From: Gemmatimonadota bacterium
GTDB taxonomy: Bacteria; Gemmatimonadota; Gemmatimonadetes; Palauibacterales; Palauibacteraceae
Assembly: GCA_039588275.1 (NCBI GenBank)
Contig: JBDHAC010000037.1
Span: 1-51,684, forward strand
DNA length: 51,684 bases
Direction of reading: 5' to 3'
The position numbers and the translations under genes were made by a program. Shown here in pieces: positions 9,452 to 22,128 of the stretch (positions within the stretch are counted from its first letter, which is position 1; each line of letters begins with the position of its first letter). The notes under the pieces were generated by a model. The model had not been told where the DNA came from. It was given only the letters and a program-made list of their open reading frames with translations, and did no database searches.

Positions 9452-10369
9452 CTAATGCGGGACGAGGATGCGCCCGACGAGCGGCTCCATCTCCGCCTCG
9501 ATCGGCGTGGCGCCACGCAGCTCGCCGTCGATCTGGAAGGCCACGGGCGGATCGGATTCGATGTGGACCTGCTTGGCCTGGAGGAAGATCATCCGGTCGT
9601 CCCCGGCGAACTGGCGCCTGGCCACACGCCACAGGATACGAGCCATCTCGGGGAGGTTCCGGGGAGCGTAGATGCACACGTCGATCAGCCCATCGCGGAA
9701 CGAGACCCGTGGTGCGACCGTGACCTCGACCGGGAGCGGTCCCGCCGCCAGCTGTCCCACGTTGGCGAGCAGCACCATGGAGGCTCTCACCTTGACCTCG
9801 TGCTCGTCCGCTACGATCCGGTAATCCGCGCTCGGCTGGGTGATCACCTGCTTGAGACCGCTGTACAGATAGGCTCCGAACCCGAGCCGGTGCTTCAACT
9901 CATCCGTGGCGGCGGCCATCACGTCGGCGTCGAGTCCGGCACCCGCGATCAGCGCGAAGTACTCTCCGTTCGCGCGACCCAGGTCGACCTCTTCCACGCG
10001 ACCCTCGACGGCCACCCGTACGCTGTCTTCCAGCGAAGTCGGGATGTCGAAGTTGAGCGCCAGCTGGTTCCCGGTTCCGAACGGCAGGATGGCGACCGGC
10101 ACCCCCGTACCTGCGGTTCCCTTGAGGGCCTGGGCCACCGTCCCGTCACCGCCGACCGCGGCCACCGCACGATACCCGGAGTGTGCGGCGCGACGAGCTA
10201 CCTCGAGCCCATGCTCGGCGTCGGTGGTCTCGACGATGTCGAAAGGCACGTCCTGGGCCGCGAACGCACCACCGAGCCGACGCCTGAGCGCCTCGGGCAG
10301 GCCGCCGCTGGCGCGGGGATTCACCAGCACCAGAAACCGCTCGGACTCCGGGATCGGGAAAGAGCTCAC
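9452..10369 (-). CDS. diacylglycerol/lipid kinase family protein (YegS/DgkB-like)
   Basis: LVNP, VGGDGT, ILPFGTGN, GAGLDA, DGLIDV and QIDGE motifs. Confidence 0.9.
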   Translation of the reverse strand: MSSFPIPESERFLVLVNPRASGGLPEALRRRLGGAFAAQDVPFDIVETTDAEHGLEVARRAAHSGYRAVAAVGGDGTVAQALKGTAGTGVPVAILPFGTGNQLALNFDIPTSLEDSVRVAVEGRVEEVDLGRANGEYFALIAGAGLDADVMAAATDELKHRLGFGAYLYSGLKQVITQPSADYRIVADEHEVKVRASMVLLANVGQLAAGPLPVEVTVAPRVSFRDGLIDVCIYAPRNLPEMARILWRVARRQFAGDDRMIFLQAKQVHIESDPPVAFQIDGELRGATPIEAEMEPLVGRILVPH

Positions 10370-10403
10370 GGATTGCTCCGGGTGCGTTCCGGGGACATGC
10401 CGA

Positions 10404-11234
10404 TCAGACCGTCTGAGCCTCGAGGCGGCGGATGCGCTCGGCCGTCGGCGGGTGCGTACGGAACAGCGAAGCGATCGACCTCCCCGCCTGCCTGGCCAGC
10501 GGGTTGACGATACACAGGTGTGCCGCGGACGGGTTCACCTGCATCGGCACGCGCCTGGCTCGGTCCTCGAGCGCACGGAGCGCGGACGCGAGGGCGCGCG
10601 GCTTGCCGCTGATCTGTGCCCCGATGCGATCCGCCCTGAACTCCCCCGCACGGCTGATCGCCATCTGGATGAGCATGGCGGCCACGGGCGCCAGGATCAG
10701 CATCAGGATCCCCCCCGCAGCGCTCCGGTCACGGTCGCCGCCGAAGAAGAGCCCGAATCTCGCCACCATCACGAGGGCGGCGGAGAGCGTCGCAGCCACC
10801 GTCCCGATCAGCATGTCGCGGTTCTTGATGTGCGCCAGCTCGTGGGCGATGATCCCCTCCAGCTCGTCGCGGTCGACGATCGGCAGGAGGCCCCGCGTCA
10901 CGCAAACCACCGCGTTCTGGGGATTGCGGCCGGTGGCGAAGGCGTTCGGTTGCTCCGACGGGGCGACGGCCAGCGTGGGCATTGGGAGCCCGGCCCGCTG
11001 ACGCAGCCGGTCCACCAGATCGTACAGATCGGGAGCGTCGGCGCGCCCGAGGATCTCCGCGCGGTACATGCGGAGGACGACGCGGCCGCTGAACCAGTAG
11101 CTGCCGAAGTTGATCACCGCCGCGAACGCCAACCCGATGGTCATGCCGCGCGTTCCGCCGAAGTATCCTGCGACCCCCGCGAGGAGCGCGGTGAGCAGCG
11201 CCATCAGCCCGAAGGTCTTCATGTAGTTGGACAT
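10404..11234 (-). CDS. htpX: zinc metalloprotease HtpX (M48)
   Basis: PNAFATGR, HELAH (HEXXH), SRxxEFRAD, THPP motifs; N-terminal TM helices. Confidence 0.93.
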   Translation of the reverse strand: MSNYMKTFGLMALLTALLAGVAGYFGGTRGMTIGLAFAAVINFGSYWFSGRVVLRMYRAEILGRADAPDLYDLVDRLRQRAGLPMPTLAVAPSEQPNAFATGRNPQNAVVCVTRGLLPIVDRDELEGIIAHELAHIKNRDMLIGTVAATLSAALVMVARFGLFFGGDRDRSAAGGILMLILAPVAAMLIQMAISRAGEFRADRIGAQISGKPRALASALRALEDRARRVPMQVNPSAAHLCIVNPLARQAGRSIASLFRTHPPTAERIRRLEAQTV

Positions 11235-11291
11235 CAGTTCACCCTGTCACTTCAACGTATCGCCAATCCCTCAAACCTTATTGCGAGCGTT

Positions 11292-14200
11292 TCAGAACGT
11301 CCACTCGCGGAAGAGGAACAACCCGAACGTCTGATCGTTCGTGATGTTCGTCCCGCGAAACAGGCCGTACTGCTGCTGGTCGAAGCGGCTTTGGGCCCTG
11401 GCCTCCAGCGTCCAGTTCTCCGTGAATCGCCATTCCAGCGCCGCACTCGGAACTCCGCCACCCAGTGGCTGTGTCACGGCGAAGAAGATCTCCTCGCCGG
11501 CGTACCACCCGACTTCGAGCTCCGTGGTGTCGAACAGGCTCTGTGAGGCCTCGACCCCGGGGGTCCCTTCGCGCGTGCCGGCTACCGAGCGCAGGTTGAA
11601 GTAGCTGAGCCCGCTCGAGCCGACGAGCGCGGACGACAGACCCGAGCTCAGGGTCCCGAGGACGCTCTCCTGCACGAGGCGCTCGCCAAACCGCTGGTCG
11701 GCCGCCCCGTAGCACGGCGCGCCGACGGCCAGAAAGCACAGCTGGTTCGAGTCGCTCATGGGCGGGTTGCTGCTGAGCGTGAGCTCGGTCGCCCGGAGCG
11801 TGCCACCGATGTGGGTAGTGACGACCACGGGCCCGTCCCGGGTGCGGGTGCGATACTCGGCTGTAATCGTGACGTTCGGATTCAGGTCCGGATTCCCGAC
11901 GAACTGGATCGTCCCCTCGGTGATCCGGAGCTGCTGGCTGTATGGCGGCAGCCGGTCGAACCGGTATGTGCCGCGCGGCAGCTCCACCGTGCCGACCATG
12001 ACGAAAGACTCCGCGGCCCGGTCCATCTCGACCGTCAGCCCCTCGCCGACCATCTCGACGCCGAGCACATCGGATCGCAGCCACAGGTTGGGACCCAGGT
12101 CGATGACGGCGGCTATCCTGAGGTTGCGCATGAAGGGATTACGGAATCGACCCAGCTGCCCGGCCCCACCGAGCCCCGTGGTGTCGATCAGGCTGAAGAT
12201 GCTCGGATCGCCGAGATCGATCACCTGCCTCTCGCGCAGGAACTCGTCCTGGCGGATGTCCCCGTCCCGAACGCGGAAGCGCCCCTCGAGGAGCGGGGCT
12301 CGATAGCTACCGCCCAGTCGGCCGGTGCCCTCGATCGCCACGGTCATGTCGCGACGGTCGACCGCGTGCAGCCGCTCGGCCGTTAGATCCAGGTCGAAGA
12401 TCGGGTCGGTGACGCTCGCGAAATCGATGGTCCCGCTCAGGGTCGCGCTCCCACCGAGGCGCGATGTCACGCGAAAGGCGTCGACCCGGGCCTCCGATCC
12501 GCGGAAGCGAGCGCTGCCTTCGGCCGACCGGTAGGTCACGCCCAGATCCGGCACCCAGGCGGTGCCATCCACCACACGGGCGTCCCCTTGGTATTCGAGC
12601 GATCCCGGCGCCCCCGTCATCCGAATCCCGACCTCCACCCAGCCGTCGATCTCCTCCAGACTCTCGACCGGAAGGAGAACCAGCTCGAGCGGAAGGCTGT
12701 CCGCCGTGATCTCGATGTCGAAAGGATCATCCAGCAGCCGGCGCTCCACTGCGCGGAACGCCAGATCGGCCCGTACCCCGCCACGGACCACGGCCAGGCG
12801 CCGGTTGGCGTCCAGCAGGGCCAGTTCGCCGCTCAGACGTTGGCCCGAGTAATCGAGGCGCGCCTCGAGCGAGTCGTACTGCGTCGCGCGGAGCACCGGT
12901 GCATGAACGTGGACCGCACCGCTCATCTCGGGCTCGTCCATCGTCCCCCTCACGACGACCTCTGCGTCGGCGGTTCCGGACACTTCCGGCGGGCGGGGGA
13001 ACAGACGCCCGAGCTGGCTCAGATCCAGGTCGTCCAGGCGGACGTCCAGTCGGCCGGCTTGATCGGTCGAGAGCGCGCCGTCCGCCTCGAGCCGGCCGAG
13101 CGACCCGACCAGGCGCAATCCGTCCACCCTCAAGCCCGCTTCACCGTATGCGAGGCGAGTGGGTCCCTGGAGCGCGGTCTCTTCCGCCCCGATGAGCAGG
13201 CGGAGGCGATCGAATCCGAGCGCGAGCACACTTTCGCCGCGCTCGACGTAACCGGCGGAGGACAGGGAAAGGGTGGAATCGCGTCGCGCCTCTACGGTGA
13301 GCGAAGCGGGACCCGGACCACGACGCCGAAACTGGACGGTCAGCGAGTCTATCGCGTGACCGTAAAGGTCCATGCCGGTGCCGCTCACATCGACGGTCAG
13401 TGAATCCCGAATCAGCGGGTCCGCGACTTCCACGCGAGCTTCGAGCGTGGCGGCGCCGAGGCTCTCATAGCGCGCATCCGTCGCTGTGACGAACGCCTGA
13501 ACGGCGAAGTCGCGCACGTTTCCCGAGGCCACCCCCCGCGCTTCGAACGCGCCGGCGAGCCCCTCGATCGGAGCATCTTCCTGTGCGCCCGCCACCGCGA
13601 CGGCCAGATCCGCGAAAAGGTCTTCTGCACCTTCCTGCGCCGCCGCGCCCGGAATCTCCTCGAGAATCCACCGATTCCACCCCGTGAGATCGGGAACGCT
13701 GGCTTCGAGCACGAGCTCCCCGCTCGCTTCCTCCGACAGACCGAACTCGCCCCGGCCCTGAACGCGGCCCACGTCGGAGCGAATCGCGAACGTGTCGATG
13801 ACCGCCAGCGCGTTCGCGACCGTGAACCGGACCAGGCTCGTGTCGATCTGCGCCTGTTCGAACACGGAAGGAAGGATCACGAGGTCGAACGACGCGGCGA
13901 GCGTGGCGGGATCCAGACCCCGCCCCACCACCTGTCCCCGAACGGCGAGCTTCGAGGCCGGCGCCGTTTCGATCCATTGATCCAGCTCGACGCCGTCCGC
14001 CACCACTTCGGCGTCGTAGGTCAGATCTTCGGCGGTCACGTCGAACCGACCGTTGAACCGCAGCCGGCCGCGCGGCGTCTCGAGATCGACGCTGGCCTGC
14101 AGATCGCTCAGGCCACCACTCGCACGGATCGGGCCGCGCACCTCACCCACGAGCTCCGCGTCGGGGAGGAAGGGGCGCAGCGTCGAGAGCGCCAGCGGAT

Positions 14201-15868
14201 CGGTGAACACGCTCATGTTGACGGCGGACCCCGTCTCCAGATCGAGAGCGCCCCCGCCCGACAGGTTCGAGATGTCTCCACCCTCTCCGACGTGGCGGAT
14301 ATCGCCACGGAACCCTAGCGTGCCGCCGGCCCGATCGAGGGTCGCGGTCCCATCCACCCGCCCCGGCACTCCCGGATCGAGACCCAGGTACCCGGCCCAG
14401 CCTGGCTCGAACGCCGTGAACTCCAGGCTCAGCTCGCGGAGCGGATACGGTTCGACCAGTGCGACCCCGCCGACCGCGCGCAGCCCCGACGCGGGGACCG
14501 ACCCCTGCGTATCGGCCAGCTCCACATCGGCATCGATGCGCAACGCGTCGATCCGGCCGCTTCCGGTCACGCTTCCCCGCACGTACCCGTCGATCATCTC
14601 CGGGCGCTTGAGGAGTTTGTCGAGCCACCGCAATCTCAGCGGGGCGAAGTCCAGCGCGAGGTTCTCGAATCTGGGGGTCGATTCGAGGGCCAGGGTGAAG
14701 CCGCCGCTGACGCGCGTGTCGCCGCTCGTCACCTCCCCATCCTCGATGGCGACGAGCATCGTCTCGTCCCGGGAGCGGATGGTGATGCCCATCGGCCCGC
14801 CACCCTCCGCCGGCACCGGTACGGGCAGCCATTGCAGGTCGGCGAACCCGGCCGGATCGGCGTCCAGCTCGAATCGGTACGTCAGCGGGCTGCCGGGCTC
14901 GACCCAGCCGGCTCCTCCCAGCGCGCTGGACCCCAGGTCGAGGCGGTCGAACTCGATCCGGATGCTATCCGCGAAGGTCACCGAGCCGTCGTAGCGTTCC
15001 ACGTCGAGCGACTGTCGCACGGCCTCGAGTCGGCCGGTCAGCCCGCGCATTTCCACGCGGAGCGGGCGCGGAGCGTCCAGGATTCGGATCAGCGGGAAAG
15101 CACCCCGGAGCGAATCGATCGCGAAGACCTGCTCGTACTCCTCGCCCGCCTCTCGCTCGGTGGACTCGAGCCGCCAGATCGTCTCGCCGCTGCGAGCCGT
15201 CTGGGCCGCCACGGTCCGGGCTCGGCCCTCCAGCCCCTCCGTCCACGGGCGCCGGATCTCGACCCGGCCGCTGCGGATTTCGGCATCGGTGAAGATGAGC
15301 CGCAGGCCATCGGATGCATCCTCCAAGAGCTCGTCGGGCGCTGCGACCGAGTCCGCCGCGAAGACGTCTCCCGCGACGCTGTCCCCGACTACGTCTTCCG
15401 CGGCGATGTCCTGCGCCGACGTGATCGTGTCTCCGAAGATGCGGTCGAAATTCCACGTGCCGTCGGGCAGCTCACGCAAGACGATCTCCGCCCTGGCGGC
15501 GTCCAAGCTTCGGAAGCGGAGCTGCCCGCGCCGCTGATCGCGAAGCGCTCCAGCACGACGCGCGTGAGCAAATTACCCCTGAGGACCGAACCGATCTCGA
15601 CCTCCCCCTGGATCGCGCCCTGAAGGGCGTCCTCCAGGTAGGAGAAGACGAGGTCCCGTCCCGGACGAGTTTGAGTCAATGCGAACAGGGACGCGGCGAT
15701 CCCGAGGCTGAGGAGCCCGAGGGCCGTGGTGATGCGGCGCCGCCGACGCCTCCGACGACGGCGCTTCGTCGCGGCCGGCCGATCGGCCGCGGGGGTCCCC
15801 TCCCCGCGCGTATCCGCGGTGGGGCCGACCTCCCGACCGTCGTTCTTCCCGAGCTCTCTCTCGCTCAT
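11292..15868 (-). pseudogene. tamB: TamB/AsmA-like translocation and assembly module protein, frameshifted near 15531 (real lesion or assembly error)
   Basis: The N-terminal anchor (RRRRRRRRRITTALGLLSLGIAASLFAL) is in ORF 15389..15868 while the beta-rich body and TamB-like C-terminus are in ORF 11292..15506; the 4577-nt span is not a multiple of 3; lies directly downstream of an Omp85 gene. Confidence 0.8.
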
Positions 15869-15899
15869 CTGCCTCGTCTCTGCGGCGGCCGGTGCCGCC

Positions 15900-18086
15900 T
15901 CAGAACGCCTCCCCGATCGAGAAGTGGAACTGCAAGCGGCGCCAGAACTCCTTCAACGGCGATGGGTCGTCGAACGTGAACGGATCGAAACGCACGGGCG
16001 TATCCAGCTCGAGCAGCTCGCCGTCCTCGAGCGACACGACGACCGGGAGCCTGGTGGCGCTGCTCGGGTTGTACCCGATGTCGAGTCGAAGGGGCCCGAC
16101 GGGGCTCAGGAAGCGAAGCCCCGCGCCCGGCGTCCAGATCGGCGCCTCGATCGAGGACAGCCCCTTCCACACCTGCCCTACGTCCAGGAAGGCGACGAGC
16201 CCCCAGCGGCCGGATAGCAGCTTGCGCAGCTCCAGCGAGGCCTCGAAGCCGGCGTTTCCGCCGATGGGGCGCTCGATGAACGCGCCGGGATCCTCGGCCG
16301 CGAGGCGCTCGACACACTCCGCCAGCGGTTCATCCGGGCAGTCATCCGCCGCATCCGCGAGGAGCACGCGCGGCCCGAGCAGGTTCTGGCCGAACCCACG
16401 AACGCTTTGCGACCCGCCGGCGAAGAAGCGTTTGGAGGGGTGTATCACTTCCTCCGTGATCTCCGGATCCGGCGAGAAGAAGGGTCCCTTGGTGGGCTCG
16501 ACCAGGCCGCCTCGCACTCGGACCCCGAACACGAGGTCGCGACTCAGCGTCTCGAAGTCCGCCCCCTGGAGGGCCAGCCGTACGTACCGGTAGTCGGAGC
16601 CCGTGAAGCGCTCCGCCCGCTCGATCTCCGCGCTCAGGTAATACCCGCTCGTGGGGGCGAACGGGTCATTCGTCCGGTTGTAGACCCAGGACAACGTGAG
16701 CGGGGAGAGCCATCGCGCCTGGGTCACGGTCCGGATGTCGTCGGGCGCGCAGAATCCGAAATTCACGCAGAAGAACACGTCCGCGGATTCCTCCGCGAAT
16801 CCGGTGAATTCGGGCCGGTAGCTGACCGTCGCCGTCATTCGGCGATGCAGGCGCCGGCTTATCGACAGCTGCGCACCCACGCCCTGCCGAATGAACACAT
16901 CGGGCACGCTCTCCCGCTCGGCGAACAGCAAGCCGCGCAGGCTGTTTCGCGCCGAGAAGAACGCCGGAATCCCGAGCTCGGCTTGCAGCAGGTAGTTGAG
17001 GGTGCGGAACTCGGGATCCCGCCCTACATCCGAACACGGGAACCCCCCCCCGATCTGCTGCGCGAACACGTTCTTCAACCTGGCCGTCAGCTCGAGACGC
17101 TTCGCTCCACCGAGCAGGTTGCGGTGGGTCAGACGCGCCTCGGTCTGGAAGCACTCATCCGTGCTCCACCCGGCGCCGCCGCGCGCCCCGCGCGCGTTTG
17201 CCGGCGTGATCTGGACGCGGAGGTCCACGACCGAATCTCCGGCGAGCTCCGGCTGCACCGAGGCGAAGCGCACGGCGTCCAGCGCGAACAGGGTTCGTTG
17301 TCCGTCCTGGACGTTGCTTTCGCTGTAGTACTCGGTCGAGCGGGCGTCGAGCAGCCGGCGTATGGTCCGGTCACCGATCTCGCCTCCACCTTCGACGTAG
17401 ATCTGACCGATTCGGTATCGAGCTCCGGTGCTCACATCCAGCGTGACGTGTGCACCCTCGCCGCGTGGGACGAAGTAGTCCTCCAGGATGGCTGCGGCGA
17501 GATACCCCCGATCGCGCAGCTCCCGCTCGAGGCTGTCCCTTCCGGCCTCCAGGCGTACCTGGTCGAACGGGTCGCCCACCTCCAGATCGACGATGTCACG
17601 TACGCGTGCGGAGTCGAGCACGCCCTCGAGGCCACGGACGGTCAGCGAATCGATAGGCGTAGGAACACCCTCATCGATGATGAACGTCACCCGTGCTTCG
17701 TCGGATGAGCGAACCACCGTGGTGTCGACCTGGACCTGGAGGAACCCCCGGAGCTTATAGAAGACCTCTACCCGATTCCGATCATCCTGCAGATCACGAT
17801 CGCTGAGAAAGGCGCGCCGGTGAGCGAATCCCCAGTCCGTGAGCAGGCAGAACGGCTCCAGGAGGAAGGTCACGCACTCGGTCTGACGCGTCCGAATCGC
17901 CAACGCCAGATCCCGGTCAGGATAGGAACGATTACCGTCGAACTCGAGCGATATGACCTCGGGATCGCGGATCGTCTGCCCCCCGAGCGCTGCCGGCAGC
18001 AGCGCGAAGATGAGGGCGGCGAGCGCGGGCACCTTCACCCGCGAAGGCAACCCTGATCGCGGGACGGAGGGGGCTGGCGGGGTCAT
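15900..18086 (-). CDS. tamA: Omp85 family outer membrane protein (TamA/BamA-like) with POTRA domains
   Basis: Signal peptide, POTRA-like repeats, FFAGGSQSVRGF, GAGLRFLSPVGPLRLDIG, C-terminal FHFSIGEAF; adjacent to tamB. Confidence 0.88.
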   Translation of the reverse strand: MTPPAPSVPRSGLPSRVKVPALAALIFALLPAALGGQTIRDPEVISLEFDGNRSYPDRDLALAIRTRQTECVTFLLEPFCLLTDWGFAHRRAFLSDRDLQDDRNRVEVFYKLRGFLQVQVDTTVVRSSDEARVTFIIDEGVPTPIDSLTVRGLEGVLDSARVRDIVDLEVGDPFDQVRLEAGRDSLERELRDRGYLAAAILEDYFVPRGEGAHVTLDVSTGARYRIGQIYVEGGGEIGDRTIRRLLDARSTEYYSESNVQDGQRTLFALDAVRFASVQPELAGDSVVDLRVQITPANARGARGGAGWSTDECFQTEARLTHRNLLGGAKRLELTARLKNVFAQQIGGGFPCSDVGRDPEFRTLNYLLQAELGIPAFFSARNSLRGLLFAERESVPDVFIRQGVGAQLSISRRLHRRMTATVSYRPEFTGFAEESADVFFCVNFGFCAPDDIRTVTQARWLSPLTLSWVYNRTNDPFAPTSGYYLSAEIERAERFTGSDYRYVRLALQGADFETLSRDLVFGVRVRGGLVEPTKGPFFSPDPEITEEVIHPSKRFFAGGSQSVRGFGQNLLGPRVLLADAADDCPDEPLAECVERLAAEDPGAFIERPIGGNAGFEASLELRKLLSGRWGLVAFLDVGQVWKGLSSIEAPIWTPGAGLRFLSPVGPLRLDIGYNPSSATRLPVVVSLEDGELLELDTPVRFDPFTFDDPSPLKEFWRRLQFHFSIGEAF

Positions 18087-18090
18087 CGAC

Positions 18091-18312
18091 TCAGCGCGGC
18101 GGCGAGTCGGAACGGCGATCCGGCGTAGGGCTCGAGCCCCGTTGCGGAAGGCGGTCTCCTTCTGACGGGGTGTGATGATCGACATCCCCGATCGGCTCTC
18201 TCCGGAACCAGATCCGCGCGAAGTAATAGACGACCGACCCCGCGAGGAGGCCGGCTACAGCCGCCATCGTCAGGTCTTTGGATCCGCTGGATCCCCGGCG
18301 ATATACGGTCAC
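18091..18312 (-). CDS. small single-TM hypothetical protein
   Basis: 73 aa ORF filling the lgt-tamA gap; GAGG upstream of GTG; TM segment MAAVAGLLAGSVVYYFARIWF followed by RR. Confidence 0.6.
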   Translation of the reverse strand: MTVYRRGSSGSKDLTMAAVAGLLAGSVVYYFARIWFRREPIGDVDHHTPSEGDRLPQRGSSPTPDRRSDSPPR

Positions 18313-18319
18313 CTCGACC

Positions 18320-19153
18320 TCAACCGGTCGCCGCCTGTCGAGCCGCGCTCCGGCGACGGATCAGGTAGAATCCCAGCCCGATCAGGCCGATGCTGATGAC
18401 CTGAGCGAGGGTGAGCGGCCCGAAGAACCGGTCGTCCTTGGCGCGAAACACCTCGACGAACAAACGCTCGGCTCCCGCGAGGACGAGCCACACGGCGAAC
18501 AGCCACCCCGCCTGCGCCGGGCGCCGGCGCAGCTTCCATAAGATGAAGAAGATGAGCAGCGACAGACCGGTCTCGTACAACTGGGTCGGGTGAACCGCGA
18601 GCAGCGCGCTGTCCGGAACGGCTGGGTCCACCGAGCTACCCCACGCACGGAGGTTGCCCGCCGTCGTCGGGGGTATGCCTCTCGGGAACGCGAGCCCGAC
18701 CCAGCTATCGGTGGGGCGCCCGTAGTCATCCCCGACCAGGAAGCATCCGATCCTGCCCACTGCGTATGCCAAAGCGAGGGCGGGGGCGACGATGTCCGAT
18801 GCGAACGCGATCGACACCTTGCGGCGATTGAGGACCCATATCACGCCCAGCGAGCCGCCGAGGAACCCCCCGTACCACACGAGGCCGCCGCGTGCCAGGA
18901 TCGCACGGATCGGGTCGACGGCGGTCCGATCCCAATACAGGACCATGTAATAGAGCTTGGCCCCTACGATCCCCCCGATCAGCGCGCCGAGCAGGATGTC
19001 CGCGGCGAGGTTCGGGTCGCGGTCGGTTCGCTTCAGCTCGGATCGGATCACGGCGTAGCCCGACAGGAAGGCGAGCGCCATCAACGCGCCGAACGAGGTG
19101 ATCGTGAACTCGCCCACGATCGGCAGATCGAGAGTGAAGAGTTCGGGGTACAC
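18320..19153 (-). CDS. lgt: prolipoprotein diacylglyceryl transferase
   Basis: GGLVWYGG, GRIGCFLVGDDYG, HPTQLYE and RLFVEVFR motifs. Confidence 0.95.
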   Translation of the reverse strand: MYPELFTLDLPIVGEFTITSFGALMALAFLSGYAVIRSELKRTDRDPNLAADILLGALIGGIVGAKLYYMVLYWDRTAVDPIRAILARGGLVWYGGFLGGSLGVIWVLNRRKVSIAFASDIVAPALALAYAVGRIGCFLVGDDYGRPTDSWVGLAFPRGIPPTTAGNLRAWGSSVDPAVPDSALLAVHPTQLYETGLSLLIFFILWKLRRRPAQAGWLFAVWLVLAGAERLFVEVFRAKDDRFFGPLTLAQVISIGLIGLGFYLIRRRSAARQAATG

Positions 19154-19175
19154 AGGCTCGCTCCCTACGCTCGGT

Positions 19176-20368
<1,193 letters not shown>

Positions 20369-20372
<4 letters not shown>

Positions 20373-21298
20373 GGCGCGGCGCCGGGCGGCCCAGCCGTTA
20401 CCCGCGGGGGGACCGCCGTGGCCGTAGCGGCGAGGTCCGACTTCAGGTCGAGGGCGACGCGGTAGGTTTGCGCTGCGGCGAGCTCTCCATCGATACGCAC
20501 CGTCGCCTCTACGTCGGCAGGCGTAAGAGCGGAGACGATCTGCTGAGCTCCCCGCACCCGAACCTCGACCGAGTCCGGGGTGAGCACCACACCCCGGGCG
20601 CCGCCCCCGATCACTCGCACCGCAACGAGGAGGACGCGCTCTACGAGCGCGTCGATCTCGGCCGTGAGGAGCACCCGCTGAGGATCGACCTGGATGCCCT
20701 CGAGCTCAGGGGGAATCTGGATGTCCAGCTGCCGCGTCACGGTCGTGTCGGCTGCGTCGACAACCAGCCGCTCCGTCTGAAGGGGGCCGAGCGCTCGCAT
20801 GGCGGAGACCCCTCCGCGCACCGTCACGCTCTCGGGCTCGACAAGCAGCCGCCCACGGACGAACCCCTCCGCGGGCGTGATCGACGTGATCGGTATCACG
20901 GCCACGGTGCGCTCCTCACGGCGCTCGAATCGCAAGGTCACGCGTGAAGGATTCACCGCCATCGGCCGCACGTTCAGGGTGCGGTCGAACATGACATCGC
21001 TGGGCGAGAGCTCGATCTCCATGACGGAGTCGGTGACACCTTCGATCACCTTCCGAATGACCGGTTGGCCGAAGAGAGCGAAGACGTCTCCCCTGCGGCC
21101 CTGGAACGTCGTGGTCACCTGTGTCGGTGCCTCACGAAGCGTCCACAGCGTGTCGCTCACGACGAACTCGAGACGAGTCGGAACCGACTGGTCGGGGCGT
21201 TCCTGATCCGCGGTCACGTTGAACCACAGCAGGACCGATAGGGTTACGGCGGCCGCCTTGTAGGGCCAGTTCTCGAGTATCGCGGCTCGCAGGCTCAC
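20369..21298 (-). CDS. YbbR/CdaR-like membrane-anchored protein
   Basis: N-terminal NWPYKAAAVTLSVLLWF anchor typical of YbbR proteins; repeated P-x-x-V-x-V-x-G beta modules (PESVTVRG, PDSVEVRVRG). Confidence 0.8.
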
Positions 21299-22128
21299 CT
21301 TTCCTCCCCGCTCCCCGGTGCATCGCCCGAGTCCACGTCGACCGAGTCGGGTGGCTCACCCGCCACGAGCACGGAGATGAACGAGCCACCACGCACGTCG
21401 AATCCGGCAGTCGGGGTGTGCGAGATCACCCGGCCCGGGGCTTCGGCCGCTTCGGGATCGTAACGCACGGCCCCCAGCTGCAGGTCCGCGTCGGCGAGCA
21501 GGGACTCGATATCGTCCACGTGGCGGCCGCGCAGGTCCGGCACCTGCACGATGGGCGCCCCCTCCGAAACCAACAGAACGACACGCGATGGAAGGGCGAG
21601 CCGAGTCCCGGCTGCGGGATCGGTCCCGCGCACGCCGGCTCGCCCACCCGAAGCCTCCCTGCGAACCTCCACCTCGAACCCCATGGCCCGCAGCAGCTCG
21701 GCCGCTTGCGCGGTCGCGAGGCCCTCCACCTCCGGGATCGTACGGGTGGGTGGTCCATCGCTAAGCGTTAGCCCGACCTCGCTCCCGGGTCGTGCCAACT
21801 GCCCGGGCAGCGGGCTCTGCGCGAGAACCGCCTCCGGAGGCGCCGTGGGATGCCGCATCCGAGCTTGAACCTTCGCGACCAGGCCCGCTCCCTCCAGGCG
21901 CTCGCTCGCCAGCGCGAACGTGAGACCCGAGAAATCCGGCAACGGCACGAGGGGGGTATCGGTCGGGTCGTCGGAGGGCGGGAAGAGTACTCCGATCGCG
22001 ATCCAATACCCGACCATGAAGGTGATCAGCACCATCACGCTCGCGATCGTCCAGCGCGAGCGGGCGATCGTCTCCCACTGGACCGTCGCCAGCTTCGGAC
22101 CGTGCCGTCGCCGCTCGAAGCTCATCAT
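21295..22128 (-). CDS. membrane-anchored PASTA-domain protein (about 3 PASTA repeats)
   Basis: One TM followed by LPDFSG...QSPLPG...LSDG, IPEVEG...TDPAAG...VSEG, VPDLRG...HTPTAG repeats. Confidence 0.85.
   Translation of the reverse strand: MMSFERRRHGPKLATVQWETIARSRWTIASVMVLITFMVGYWIAIGVLFPPSDDPTDTPLVPLPDFSGLTFALASERLEGAGLVAKVQARMRHPTAPPEAVLAQSPLPGQLARPGSEVGLTLSDGPPTRTIPEVEGLATAQAAELLRAMGFEVEVRREASGGRAGVRGTDPAAGTRLALPSRVVLLVSEGAPIVQVPDLRGRHVDDIESLLADADLQLGAVRYDPEAAEAPGRVISHTPTAGFDVRGGSFISVLVAGEPPDSVDVDSGDAPGSGEER

Noticed and set aside
8858..10507. 549-aa plus-strand ORF
   Set aside because: Off-frame to the NamZ-like gene and antisense to the lipid kinase gene; no motifs
15500..15560. Programmed ribosomal frameshift in tamB
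   Set aside because: No slippery heptamer or homopolymer run at the junction
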